Source: Polyangiaceae bacterium (GTDB taxonomy: Bacteria > Myxococcota_A > Polyangia > Polyangiales > Polyangiaceae). Taken from it: DNA of 64,000 bases. This document shows, in pieces, positions 1-9,253 of the stretch (the stretch's first letter is position 1; every line of letters starts with the position of its first letter). The stretch spans positions 64,001-128,000 of the forward strand of contig CBDCTZ010000009.1 of NCBI GenBank assembly GCA_965222375.1, read 5' to 3'. Both the position numbers and the translations under genes were made by a program. The notes below the pieces were generated by a model. That model saw nothing but the letters and a program-made list of their open reading frames with translations, made no database searches and had not been told where the DNA came from.

Positions 1-496
1 TGCGAAAGCAGGCTTCCTCGCAGGTCGATGCGTTACAAAGAAACTTGTTGAGCGTGCCCAGGTCCATGATGATGAGTGACGTGCCGTTTCGGTTGCACGA
101 CGCCATCTTCTCGGTCCCGGGTGGGACGAGTGTTGCGCGACTTGTGCACATGATACAGCGCCGACACGGAATCGTGCAGCTGATCCCCACGTCGCACGAC
201 ACGACCCAACCAGCAGTGGTGACTCGCTGGCCAAAGTAGCTTGCTGGCTCCGCGATCAAGCGCTCGATCGGAACTTCCTCGGGAACTTGCTCGCTCCGCG
301 CGTCCTCGGTGCCATGAGTCGTCGCGAGGGCGCCAGCGTCGGGCGCTGTGGGCTCCGCAGGGTCGACCCGCGGCGGCGTGGCAGCTACTGGCTCGGGTGA
401 CGGCCGGCACGTCGCAACCAGCACAGCGGCGAGCGCTGCCAGGCCACCGCTGCGTATGGCGATCCAGCAACTGGTCTGGACGCGCATGGCTGTCAT
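1..496 (-). CDS. Cys-rich putative lipoprotein, partial (runs off the left edge)
   Basis: Hand translation (not in the ORF track because it has no stop in the window): MTAMRVQTSCWIAIRSGGLAALAAVLVATC-RPSPEP...VPIERLIAEPASYFGQRVTTAGWVVSCDVGISCTIPCRRCIMC... Its ATG (494-496) overlaps the TGA (493-495) of the upstream protease gene. Confidence 0.65.
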   Translation of the reverse strand, partial: MTAMRVQTSCWIAIRSGGLAALAAVLVATCRPSPEPVAATPPRVDPAEPTAPDAGALATTHGTEDARSEQVPEEVPIERLIAEPASYFGQRVTTAGWVVSCDVGISCTIPCRRCIMCTSRATLVPPGTEKMASCNRNGTSLIIMDLGTLNKFLCNASTCEEACFR

Positions 497-3400
497 AGAC
501 CGGCAAACGGTTGACCCGGTGGATTGCCGGTGGTCTTTTTTGGGGTCGAAGCCGGCGCGAACGGTGTGAGAGTCCGGAAGAAAGTCACGTCGGCGGCGTT
601 GAGGGCTTGAAGCAGCGCGAGAATGTCGGCTGCCTCGGCCATCTGTGTCGGGGTCCAGGTGCAGGCGAGCTGACCGCTGAGCAATGCCTCCGCGGCTGCA
701 ATGACCTCGGCCACGGAGATATCCCGCGTGTACACGAACGCGTTGGCCAGGTCTTCGCCAGCCTCCGTGCGGGCAAGGACGTTGAGCTTGGCTGCCAGCA
801 GTTCGGCGTGCAGCTCGGCCATCACGCGTGCCGGGTCGATGCTGTCGCCGTGGGACAAGTGCGCTGGCACTGCGGAAGCCCCGACCACGAGCAGCTTGAC
901 CTTGCTTCCTTTCTTCCCGGGGGGCTTGTGGCATACCGCCGCATGAGAGCCGCTGGCCCCGCCTAGCTCCGGAGCGGCATGAGTGAGAATCGCCAGCGCT
1001 TGCGACGCAGAGGTTACCGGAGTCCCGGCAACACTGATGGGTAGAAACGAGCTCAGGTCAGTGGAGATCCAGGTCGCAACTGGAACCGCGCCACTTGGGC
1101 TCAGTCTTCGCGTGGGCTGACCAAACACCTCATAGGTGACGGGTGATCCGACAGGCGCCCAGATGCGGACGTTGTTTTGAACGCGAACGTTCTGCCATCT
1201 CCATTCCCAAGCACCCGGCGTGCCTTGCACCGAGACCGTCAAACGCTCCTCATCCGTGACCGTTACGCCGTCGTTGTTTCCGGAAGGGTTTGTGTTGCTG
1301 AGCTTGACAGCTCCGGAGGGGTCAAGGACGGTATATCGGATGTCCGCGCTGGCGCCAGTAGCAACACCGTTTGCCTTCACATCGAGAGGGCCACGCTGTC
1401 CCACGACGGCCGGATCATCGTCAACCAAGATGTCCGCGTCCGCATCCCGAAGCGTCATCGAGACAGAAGCCGCTCCGACGTCCACGAAGAACCGAAACGT
1501 GCCATCATAGTTCGTGTCCAGCATCGCGGTGTCGGCGAGCGGTCCCACCGCAAATGGGCCCGCCAGGTCTCGTGCGATGAAGGCGAAGTCGTTGGCGATC
1601 GTGCTCACCTGACCCGTGGCCCGCACCTTGAAGCTGTTGGTGAGCCCGGCTGTGACCGGAACCATGGGTTGACCACAGGCTCCTTGCGTCAAGTACACGT
1701 CCAGAATGTAGAAGTGCGCCCCACTTCCGCTAGCTGTCCCAAAGGTCGCCCCACCATAAATGGTGCCCCAGTCAGCATCCGCAAGCGCTGCCGCCGAATC
1801 CTCCACCGTGACCTGGGGAAGTGGTGTCTCGGGGTTCGCTTTGTCCACCGAGCTGGAGAGCTCGTAGCAGGTTCGAGCACCGGCGTTGTTGCCCGTGTCG
1901 TACAGACTGCCCAACGTCTGGTCGCCATCGAAGACTTGAACCGTGACGGTGGTTTGGCCCGCTGGAACGCCGATGAGAAAACGGGTGCGCTGGTTTGGAA
2001 CCGTGGCGAAAGGCTGTCCGGTCACCGTGACGAAGCGGCCATCATGTCCATCCGCTGACGGGAACCCAGACACCGGTACGCCCTTGTTGGTGGGCCCGTT
2101 CGCGCCACCGAAGTACAGGTCTCGGGTGCCATCTTCTCTGATCAGCTCCAAATCCACGAAACCGTCGTCATTCGCGTCGCCCGTCGAGTACTCCACGTAC
2201 GTTCCCACCAGCAGCGGAAAAGTAGAAAAGCCCAGGGTTGCGTCGACGAAGATGGCCTGCGCGCCGGCGACAACGACAAAGTCTTCGACGCCATCGTTAT
2301 CGAAGTCGCCCAACGGAACGAAAGAGAATTTGTCGGCCTCTTGCTGAGAGACGGGCAGCAGCGTGTCAAAGGCTGCAAAGAAAGCCCCATCGATGTAGAT
2401 GTTGATCCACAGCGTGCCCTGGTGCTCGTAGTACGCGAGATAGTCGTCACGGTTGCCGTCGAGGTCGTAATCGTAGGCGACTGGTAGCAACTTGCGTGGC
2501 AGCTGCTGCAGATCGAGTGCTATCGAACGCTGGTTCGCGTTTGGACAAGTGGGCGCCCCCTGTCCAGTTGGAAAGCAGTCCTTCACACATCCCCCTGGGC
2601 CAAGGACTACCTCCGGCCCGGAAATCACCATGCCGAGCACTGCGCCCGATGGAGTCAGGACGGGAGCGCCGCTGGAGCCTGGTAGCAGGTCCGCTTCCAC
2701 CGTGAACGTTCCGGGGCCACCGTTGGTCGGAAACTGCTGCCCGATTGTCGCAATGGAAACTTGGGCGTCGAGCTTCAGCGGAAGCCCGAAATTGTGCGTC
2801 CAGATCAGGTTGTTCTGGGAAACTGCGAGTGACGCATCGCTCGGAAAGAGGGGTTCGCGATCTGTCGTCAGCGGGCCGCCGGTTCCCGTGCCGCCGGTGA
2901 CCGGTCGGTCCACTCGGAATATCACCCAGTCGTCTGGCAGTCCATCCGTAGACGGCAGGGCGCTGGGACCGTGGTCGAGAACCGTGTCGCAGAAGTAGAT
3001 GTGGCGCGACAGTATGTTTGGGTTTCCGTTGGGGAAGTTTGGGCTGCTTGTGCGCCAGCGCATCACCACAGCACGCTTCGCGCATTCTTGGTCCCAGCCG
3101 GTCCATGGCGCGATCGTATCGGTCATGCAATGGGCGGCCGTTGCGAACCGATCCTGTCCGACCATGAACACCGTGCACGCCGCGGATGTCTTGCGCTCAG
3201 AGCCAAAAAGCTCACCGGGGCAAAATGTGGATTGTTGGGTGGACAGGATCCAGGTGCAGTCCGTTGCGGTCGGTGGCACGGGGCAGTTGAAGGCACTCGA
3301 ATTGAGGTCAGAAGTGTTGACCATCAGCCCAACGGCGGTGCCGTATTCCTGGTGGGCCTGGTTCGACACGTTTTGGAAGTTCTTCAGGTTCGCGTTGCCC

Positions 3401-3516
3401 CAGATGACTTCGGAGCCCCGAGACGCCGAGTCTTCGTATGGCTCAGATGTGCAACCTGCGAAAGCGACGCCGACCGCAGCGGCTATTGAAACCCCAAGAA
3501 CGCGCATCCCGCCCAT
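493..3516 (-). CDS. Exported trypsin-like (S1) serine protease lipoprotein with FG-GAP-like Ca-binding repeats and a long C-terminal region
   Basis: Lipobox-like AFAGC. Catalytic motifs ATAAHC, DDWVIFRVD and LPGSSGAPV. Repeats DLDGNRDD, GDFDNDGVEDF, GDANDDGFVDL. C-terminal CHKPPG...AHLSHGD motif. GGAGGT RBS before the ATG at 3516. Confidence 0.8.
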   Translation of the reverse strand: MGGMRVLGVSIAAAVGVAFAGCTSEPYEDSASRGSEVIWGNANLKNFQNVSNQAHQEYGTAVGLMVNTSDLNSSAFNCPVPPTATDCTWILSTQQSTFCPGELFGSERKTSAACTVFMVGQDRFATAAHCMTDTIAPWTGWDQECAKRAVVMRWRTSSPNFPNGNPNILSRHIYFCDTVLDHGPSALPSTDGLPDDWVIFRVDRPVTGGTGTGGPLTTDREPLFPSDASLAVSQNNLIWTHNFGLPLKLDAQVSIATIGQQFPTNGGPGTFTVEADLLPGSSGAPVLTPSGAVLGMVISGPEVVLGPGGCVKDCFPTGQGAPTCPNANQRSIALDLQQLPRKLLPVAYDYDLDGNRDDYLAYYEHQGTLWINIYIDGAFFAAFDTLLPVSQQEADKFSFVPLGDFDNDGVEDFVVVAGAQAIFVDATLGFSTFPLLVGTYVEYSTGDANDDGFVDLELIREDGTRDLYFGGANGPTNKGVPVSGFPSADGHDGRFVTVTGQPFATVPNQRTRFLIGVPAGQTTVTVQVFDGDQTLGSLYDTGNNAGARTCYELSSSVDKANPETPLPQVTVEDSAAALADADWGTIYGGATFGTASGSGAHFYILDVYLTQGACGQPMVPVTAGLTNSFKVRATGQVSTIANDFAFIARDLAGPFAVGPLADTAMLDTNYDGTFRFFVDVGAASVSMTLRDADADILVDDDPAVVGQRGPLDVKANGVATGASADIRYTVLDPSGAVKLSNTNPSGNNDGVTVTDEERLTVSVQGTPGAWEWRWQNVRVQNNVRIWAPVGSPVTYEVFGQPTRRLSPSGAVPVATWISTDLSSFLPISVAGTPVTSASQALAILTHAAPELGGASGSHAAVCHKPPGKKGSKVKLLVVGASAVPAHLSHGDSIDPARVMAELHAELLAAKLNVLARTEAGEDLANAFVYTRDISVAEVIAAAEALLSGQLACTWTPTQMAEAADILALLQALNAADVTFFRTLTPFAPASTPKKTTGNPPGQPFAGL

Positions 3517-3559
3517 CTTCCACCTCCCTAGCTGCCCAACTTCCGCGAGCATCTCATGC

Positions 3560-3790
3560 TAGCTGGAGAGCATGGCCTGTCAACAGCCGCTCCGGGCAGT
3601 AGCTTCGCCGCCTTGAATTGGCGGACCTGCTCCCGCATCTCGGCGCGGAACGCCGCACCCACGTCGTGCTCCTGGCGGGACGGCGTGAGGCACCTCACGA
3701 AGTTGATGTCGGTTTGGGTGCCGTCGGAGTCTCGTGAGCCAGCAGCGCCTTCTCCCCGATCCGGATCGACTTTCGCTTGGCCATGTTGCC
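3560..3790 (-). pseudogene. Possible remnant of a DCL/DUF3223-like gene
   Basis: The segment RDSDGTQTDINFVRCLTP...VGAAFRAEMREQVRQFKAAK in ORF 3528..3929 resembles the DG-x-x-DFS-x-x-C...AFR...Q-x-x-x-FK pattern I recall for this family. The flanks of the ORF do not look coding. Confidence 0.3.
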
Positions 3791-3955
3791 AGCGGACGGC
3801 GGCTGTCTTGGGCATGCCTGGGGTGGCGCAAGCTTCCAACGTCGCGCCGGCATCCAGATGCGCCTGCGAAGTGGGCACGGCGTGGGCTTGTCGTCGCCCG
3901 GCCGCTTGCGTAACGTCGAGCCTCTTCACGGCGCGAGCTGATACCTGGGGGAACG

Positions 3956-5806
3956 ATGAGCGTCTTCACCACCTTCGACAGCACCAAGGAGCAGCTCTCG
4001 GACATACTCGCCAGCATCAAGGCGGGGAAGACGAAGCTGCCCGATTTCCAACGTGGCTGGGTCTGGGATGACGACCATATCAAGAGCCTCCTGGCGAGCA
4101 TCTCTCGATCGTTCCCCGTCGGGGCGGTGATGATGCTCCAGACAGGAAACCCCACGGTTCGCTTCCTGCCGAGAGAGGTCGAGGGCGCACCGAAGCAGGA
4201 CGGTCAGCAGCCGGAGCGTCTCATCCTCGACGGGCAGCAGCGGCTGACCTCGCTGTATCAGGCGTTGTTTTCCGGCTCGGTCGTCTCGACGAAGGACAGT
4301 CGAAATCGGCCGCTCAAGCGCTGGTACTACATCAAGATCCCCGCGGCGCTCGATAGCAACGTCGATCGAGAGGATGCGATCGTCGGTCTTCCAGAGGATC
4401 GCATCACCAAGAACTTCCGCGGCGACATCATCGAGGACCACTCGACGACCGAGAAGGAGTGCGCCGCCGAGCTGTTCCCGTTGCCGCTCGTGTTCAACCA
4501 GGCGGCGTTCACGGACTGGCAGCTCAAGTACATCCAGGTGGACCCCTCGAAGACGGCGGAGCGCCTCTCCCGCTGGAACGACTTCGTGCAGGCCGTCGTC
4601 CAGCCCTTCCAGCAGTACCAAGTGCCGCTAATCCTGCTGCGCAAGGAAACCCCAAAGGAGGCCGTCTGCCAGGTCTTCGAGAAGGTCAACACCGGGGGCG
4701 TAGCGCTCACCGTGTTCGAGCTGCTCACCGCCACGTTCGCCGCCGACAACTTCAACCTGCGGGACGACTGGGTCACGCGGGAAACGCGCCTCAGGAAGCA
4801 GCACGTGCTGCGCTCGGTCGAGAACACGGACCTGCTCCAGGCCGTGACCCTCCTCGCCACCTACGACCGGCGGATGCAGGCCATCAAGTTGGGCACGCCG
4901 CCCGAGAGCGCCCCGGGCGCGAGCTGCAAGCGCCGGGACGTCCTCCAACTCGACCTCGGCGGCTACGAGAAGTGGGCGGACCCGGTCACGAAGGGGTTTG
5001 CGCTGGCGGCCAAGTTCCTCTACGCCCAGCGGCTCTTCGCCGCTCGGGATCTGCCCTACCGCACCCAGCTCGTCCCGTTGGCCTCAGCGCTCGCGGTCCT
5101 CGGGGACGTGGCCGAGACAGATGGCGCCCGGGCGAAGCTCGCCCGGTGGTACTGGTGCGGCGTCTTCGGTGAGCTGTACGGCGGCGCCATCGAGTCGAGG
5201 TTCGCAAGGGACCTTCCCGAGCTCGTCACCTGGATCCGTGATGACGGCCCGGAGCCCGCCACCGTCGTCGATGCCAACTTTGCAGCGGCCCGTCTGCTGA
5301 CCCTTCGGACCAGGAACAGCGCGGCCTACAAGGGCATCTACGCCTTGCTGCTCAAGGAGGGCGGCCTCGACTTCCGCACCGGCGATACGATCGACATCCA
5401 GTCGTACTTCGATGAGAAGATCGACATCCATCACGTCTTCCCCCAGAAGTGGTGCAAGGGCCAGCAGCTCGACCGGGGACGCTACGACTCCATCGTCAAC
5501 AAGACGCCGATCTCGGCCAAGACGAACCGCAGCATCGGTGGCAACGCTCCGAGCGTCTACCTGGCAAGGCTGGAGAAGCAGGCCTCGATCTCGACCGACC
5601 GCATGAACGAGATCCTGGAGTCCCATGTGATCGGCGCCGACCTCCTGCGAGGCGACGACTTCGAGGGCTTCTTCGAGGCTCGGTTACGGACGCTGCTTGC
5701 TCGCATCGAGAAGGCCATGGGTAAGCCCCCGCGTCGAGAGCTGCCTGTCGAGGACTCGCTCGAGGGAGCCGAGTCCGTCGACGACGAGGACGACAGTGGT
5801 GACTAG
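3956..5806 (+). CDS. DUF262 (ParB/Srx-like) domain protein with a C-terminal HNH-like nuclease; GmrSD-like defence candidate
   Basis: DUF262 motifs LPDFQRGWVW, LILDGQQRLTSL and VFEKVNTGG. C-terminal DIHHVFP...SIVNKTPISAKTNRSIG. 616 aa with strong GC3 bias. Confidence 0.9.
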   Translation: MSVFTTFDSTKEQLSDILASIKAGKTKLPDFQRGWVWDDDHIKSLLASISRSFPVGAVMMLQTGNPTVRFLPREVEGAPKQDGQQPERLILDGQQRLTSLYQALFSGSVVSTKDSRNRPLKRWYYIKIPAALDSNVDREDAIVGLPEDRITKNFRGDIIEDHSTTEKECAAELFPLPLVFNQAAFTDWQLKYIQVDPSKTAERLSRWNDFVQAVVQPFQQYQVPLILLRKETPKEAVCQVFEKVNTGGVALTVFELLTATFAADNFNLRDDWVTRETRLRKQHVLRSVENTDLLQAVTLLATYDRRMQAIKLGTPPESAPGASCKRRDVLQLDLGGYEKWADPVTKGFALAAKFLYAQRLFAARDLPYRTQLVPLASALAVLGDVAETDGARAKLARWYWCGVFGELYGGAIESRFARDLPELVTWIRDDGPEPATVVDANFAAARLLTLRTRNSAAYKGIYALLLKEGGLDFRTGDTIDIQSYFDEKIDIHHVFPQKWCKGQQLDRGRYDSIVNKTPISAKTNRSIGGNAPSVYLARLEKQASISTDRMNEILESHVIGADLLRGDDFEGFFEARLRTLLARIEKAMGKPPRRELPVEDSLEGAESVDDEDDSGD

Positions 5807-6420
5807 GGTGGCGCCAGCCCGGCAGACCGTGTGCGTCGCTTCCTGACAGCGCCTACCATTCTCGAAGGTGGTCTTGGGTAGCTCCTGTGGTCGACGCGCG
5901 TCGCGCTGGTCCTGCACGCTCGCGTCTGTCGGGCTGGGGTGCGGCACCGCAGTTCGTGGCAAACGCAGTCGGCCGGCGGGGGCGCCGGCACGCGGTGTGG
6001 AACAGTGCCCGCGGTGGCAAAGGTCACCGTCGTCGCAGTCTTCGTTCTTCCTGCACAGCACCCATCCGCGTTGGTTCTGGCACTGTGGCCGAGACGAGCA
6101 CTCCACTCCTTGTGCACCGGGGGAAGAGCAGGCGGTAGAGTTCTGAATCGCCGAGGGGACTAGCCGGCGTTGTCCAAGTTCAGCGAAACTCAGACCGGAC
6201 GTTGTGTTCGGCAAGTGAGTGCAGTGACGATCCGCTCCCGATTCCTCAAAGCCGTAGGGCGTGCTTTGGCGCTAGCTGAGCGATTCTTGGAGCGTGGTCT
6301 CCGCGGTGTTCAGTCAGACCGTGGCTGGCTCGGCTACGACTCGCGGCAGCAACGCCATCAGCGCTGAGTTAGTTGCTGGCATGGGGGCTTCGCGTCTTGC
6401 TCGCTCCATTTCGACAACGT

Positions 6421-6804
6421 TCACTTCGCGTCGCCACCCTTGATGGTGCCGCCGGTGATTACCAAATCGCCGCCCTTGCCGTGAGGGCCGCCGTCCCCGG
6501 CACGAACAGTGACGTCGCCTCCCTTCATGGGTCCGTCACCTCCCGTGATGTTGACGCCCGTAGCGTGGACGTTGCCCCCGCCATCGCTGCCGGCCGAGAG
6601 GCCCGCGCGGCCCCCGTGCCCTTTCAGCAACGGTTGGATCGCGGCGTGGATTTGCTCGGGCGTTGCGCCTTGCCCGAGCGCTTGCAACGCCTGAACCAGT
6701 TCTGCCGGGGGGCTGTCTCCGAAGCGTTTCTGGAGCATTCGTCCGAATTGGGCGAGCGCACTTGCGCCGCCAAGTAGCGTTGAGATTGCCAGTACCCAGC
6801 TCAT
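6421..6804 (-). CDS. Small hypothetical protein, hydrophobic N-terminus and Gly-rich C-terminus (127 aa)
   Basis: AGAGGAG RBS before the ATG at 6804. Sequence MSWVLAISTLLGGASALAQF... ends in repeated GGD/GG-x-V/L-x-I/V units. Confidence 0.6.
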   Translation of the reverse strand: MSWVLAISTLLGGASALAQFGRMLQKRFGDSPPAELVQALQALGQGATPEQIHAAIQPLLKGHGGRAGLSAGSDGGGNVHATGVNITGGDGPMKGGDVTVRAGDGGPHGKGGDLVITGGTIKGGDAK

Positions 6805-7213
6805 TTCGTTCTCCTCTTCTGCGAGCGAGGCCCGCATTGCAGCATCCGCCTCGGGCATGCTGTCGCGGAGTCCAGCTGGGGGCAACTCGAGGTTATCGTC
6901 GCAACGACGAAGGGCGACGGTGCTAGCTGATTTCCCAGCCGGCAACCCTCATCAAACTTGGCGCGTCGCACGGGTGAGAACTGCGGCCCGAGCTGTGCGA
7001 ATCCCACGCAAGATGAGATCGATCATGTTCGGAAATTGCGACGCGCACGCCCTTCACAGAGCCCAACCGGGCGGAACCCTTCTGCAATGTGGGACGTTGA
7101 GCAAGAACTGCACAATCGCGAGTTCCCTCGGGCGCACTCGTACCGTTGCGGATTGGCGGATCGTGGCCAATCTGTACATTACGCACTGTTGCGCTAGCTC
7201 TGTGAGGTGAACC

Positions 7214-9253
7214 ATGTCAGTCAAGCAGCCAAGCAGCCGGCGAGCGACGGCGGGTGCCGGGCTCGCTTCGTTTGTGCTCGTGATGGCGTGCGGCGAAGTC
7301 ACGCTTGAACCAGCAGCACAGATGCGAATTGAGCTTGGTACTTGTGGTGCCACTCCGCTCACCTCGGACGAGTACCGGTTCCCCAGCATTGGGAAGTCCG
7401 TCCGCCTCCGCGCCTGCCAGAACGGCAACGGCCTGGTGGTCGAGGCCACGGATGCCAGCCTCGGCAAGGCACTTGACTTCGAGCAGTTGCGCCAGGCGGA
7501 TGCGGTTGCGTTCAAGGCGTACTCGGGCGCGACGGTCGATGATCGGGTGAACAAGGACGCCACCACCGTCGAAGCCGACGTCTGGTTGCGGGTAGACCTG
7601 TCAGACGCGCCCCGGAAGGAGGTGCTCGCCGCCTCGGTTCCAGACCGAAACACCTGGGAAGCAACGATGCGGGCAAGGGTGGCGGCTGCGAAGGCCAACA
7701 TTCGCCAGCACAGCCTGCTGTCCGATGCATCGGTGGCGCGGGGCTCACCGGCGAGCGATTGGTTGCCAGTGATCAGGGTCAAGGGCTCGATGACTGAGAT
7801 AGAGGCGTTGGGCAAGCTACCGGAGGTTTGGCAGGTTCGTATTGCGGACCGTGCCGAGTACGGAGCCACGGCCACGGCCGAGGAGTACTTCACGACAACG
7901 CAGCAGAGCGTCCTGGACGCGTTTGCTATTGACGGCACGGGTCGGACTGTCGCGATCCTTGAGGCTCCGTTGCCGGACTCAACCTACAACCTGTCCGGAT
8001 TGCCAGCGGGTTCGTGTGTGCCTGGCTATGGGCCCTACAACTACAAGTGTCACTGCAACGACAACAAGCGGACCCCGCATCCGCGTCAAACCGGAAGCGT
8101 CGTACGCAACTCCGCGGTTTCGTTCGGAGGTATGGCTGACGAGGCCTCCCGGATATTCGCGAATCACTCGACGTATTGTACGACCCATGGACCAGATCCG
8201 GTCGCTAGCGCCATCGGTTGGGCCACTGCCTCCGGGGCAAGTGTAATCAACCAAAGTGAGTGGATGGGAGCGGATGGAACGCCGCAGAACGCACGGGACC
8301 TCTTGTTTGACTGGACTGCCGCCACCATTCCCTGGCCGACTATGGTCACCACGGTGGGCAACTACATTCCGACAGATCCGAACCAGAACGACTACCGTGC
8401 CAGTGGAAACCTCCGAAATGGCCTGTCAATCGGCGGTGCAGTCGAGGATCCGGTCGATCCAACCAATCGAGATCTCGTGACCTGGGATCCGACCGCAGCG
8501 AGGATCAACTACCTTGGCTCTGGCGGCATGGAGATGCCCCACCTCTCGGCAATCAGCCAAAACGTGCGGGTGTCCGGTTTCTTGCCGGCATCCACAGAAC
8601 TATTTGGAGGCACAAGCGCGGCTGCCCCGGAGGTCGCTGCTGTCGTTGCTGCCCTCCAAGAGAACAACTCCGCGCTGGTCAATTGGCCAGAGGCGACAAT
8701 TGCCGGCCTCATGGCGAGCGCTGACGACGATACCGACGGCACGTGGCTGAATCTGCACGACATGGTCGACGACAGTGATGGCGCGGGGCTGGTCAATGCC
8801 TACCTGGCGGGTGTGGCCTTGACGCCGTGGGCCAAGTTCGACGGCGGCAACACGCCAGCTGCCACTGGCCATGACTATGGGACGATCGACTCTACGACGA
8901 CGCCTGTGCAGTCGTATTACGGTGAAACCTGGAATGCCACGGTCGCGCCGGGTGAGGTTCTGCGAGTGGCGTTGGTCATGTTTTCGCAACCTGCCTGCCC
9001 ATCAACTCCCGGGTGGTCGGTGTCGCCGTGCTCTGGGAATGATGCTCCCTTTCCGAAGGTTGCGCTCGTCGTTTGGGACGGATCGACGATCGTGAGGATG
9101 TCATTCAGCGTGTCCAACAACTACCAATACGCCACTTGGCAAAACACCACCCAGTCCACGAAAACGTATTCCATCAACTACATGGTGTACAATTGGAGTG
9201 GGCTGGGGAGCACAACTTGGGGAATCGCATGGGCATCCGGAACTTACAACTGA
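7214..9253 (+). CDS. Exported subtilase-family (S8) serine protease, probable lipoprotein
   Basis: GAGGTG RBS. Signal ending LVMAC. Motifs DGTGRTVAILE, HPRQTGSVV, GASVINQS and GTSAAAPEVAAVVA (catalytic Ser), later GAGLVNA. Confidence 0.8.
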   Translation: MSVKQPSSRRATAGAGLASFVLVMACGEVTLEPAAQMRIELGTCGATPLTSDEYRFPSIGKSVRLRACQNGNGLVVEATDASLGKALDFEQLRQADAVAFKAYSGATVDDRVNKDATTVEADVWLRVDLSDAPRKEVLAASVPDRNTWEATMRARVAAAKANIRQHSLLSDASVARGSPASDWLPVIRVKGSMTEIEALGKLPEVWQVRIADRAEYGATATAEEYFTTTQQSVLDAFAIDGTGRTVAILEAPLPDSTYNLSGLPAGSCVPGYGPYNYKCHCNDNKRTPHPRQTGSVVRNSAVSFGGMADEASRIFANHSTYCTTHGPDPVASAIGWATASGASVINQSEWMGADGTPQNARDLLFDWTAATIPWPTMVTTVGNYIPTDPNQNDYRASGNLRNGLSIGGAVEDPVDPTNRDLVTWDPTAARINYLGSGGMEMPHLSAISQNVRVSGFLPASTELFGGTSAAAPEVAAVVAALQENNSALVNWPEATIAGLMASADDDTDGTWLNLHDMVDDSDGAGLVNAYLAGVALTPWAKFDGGNTPAATGHDYGTIDSTTTPVQSYYGETWNATVAPGEVLRVALVMFSQPACPSTPGWSVSPCSGNDAPFPKVALVVWDGSTIVRMSFSVSNNYQYATWQNTTQSTKTYSINYMVYNWSGLGSTTWGIAWASGTYN

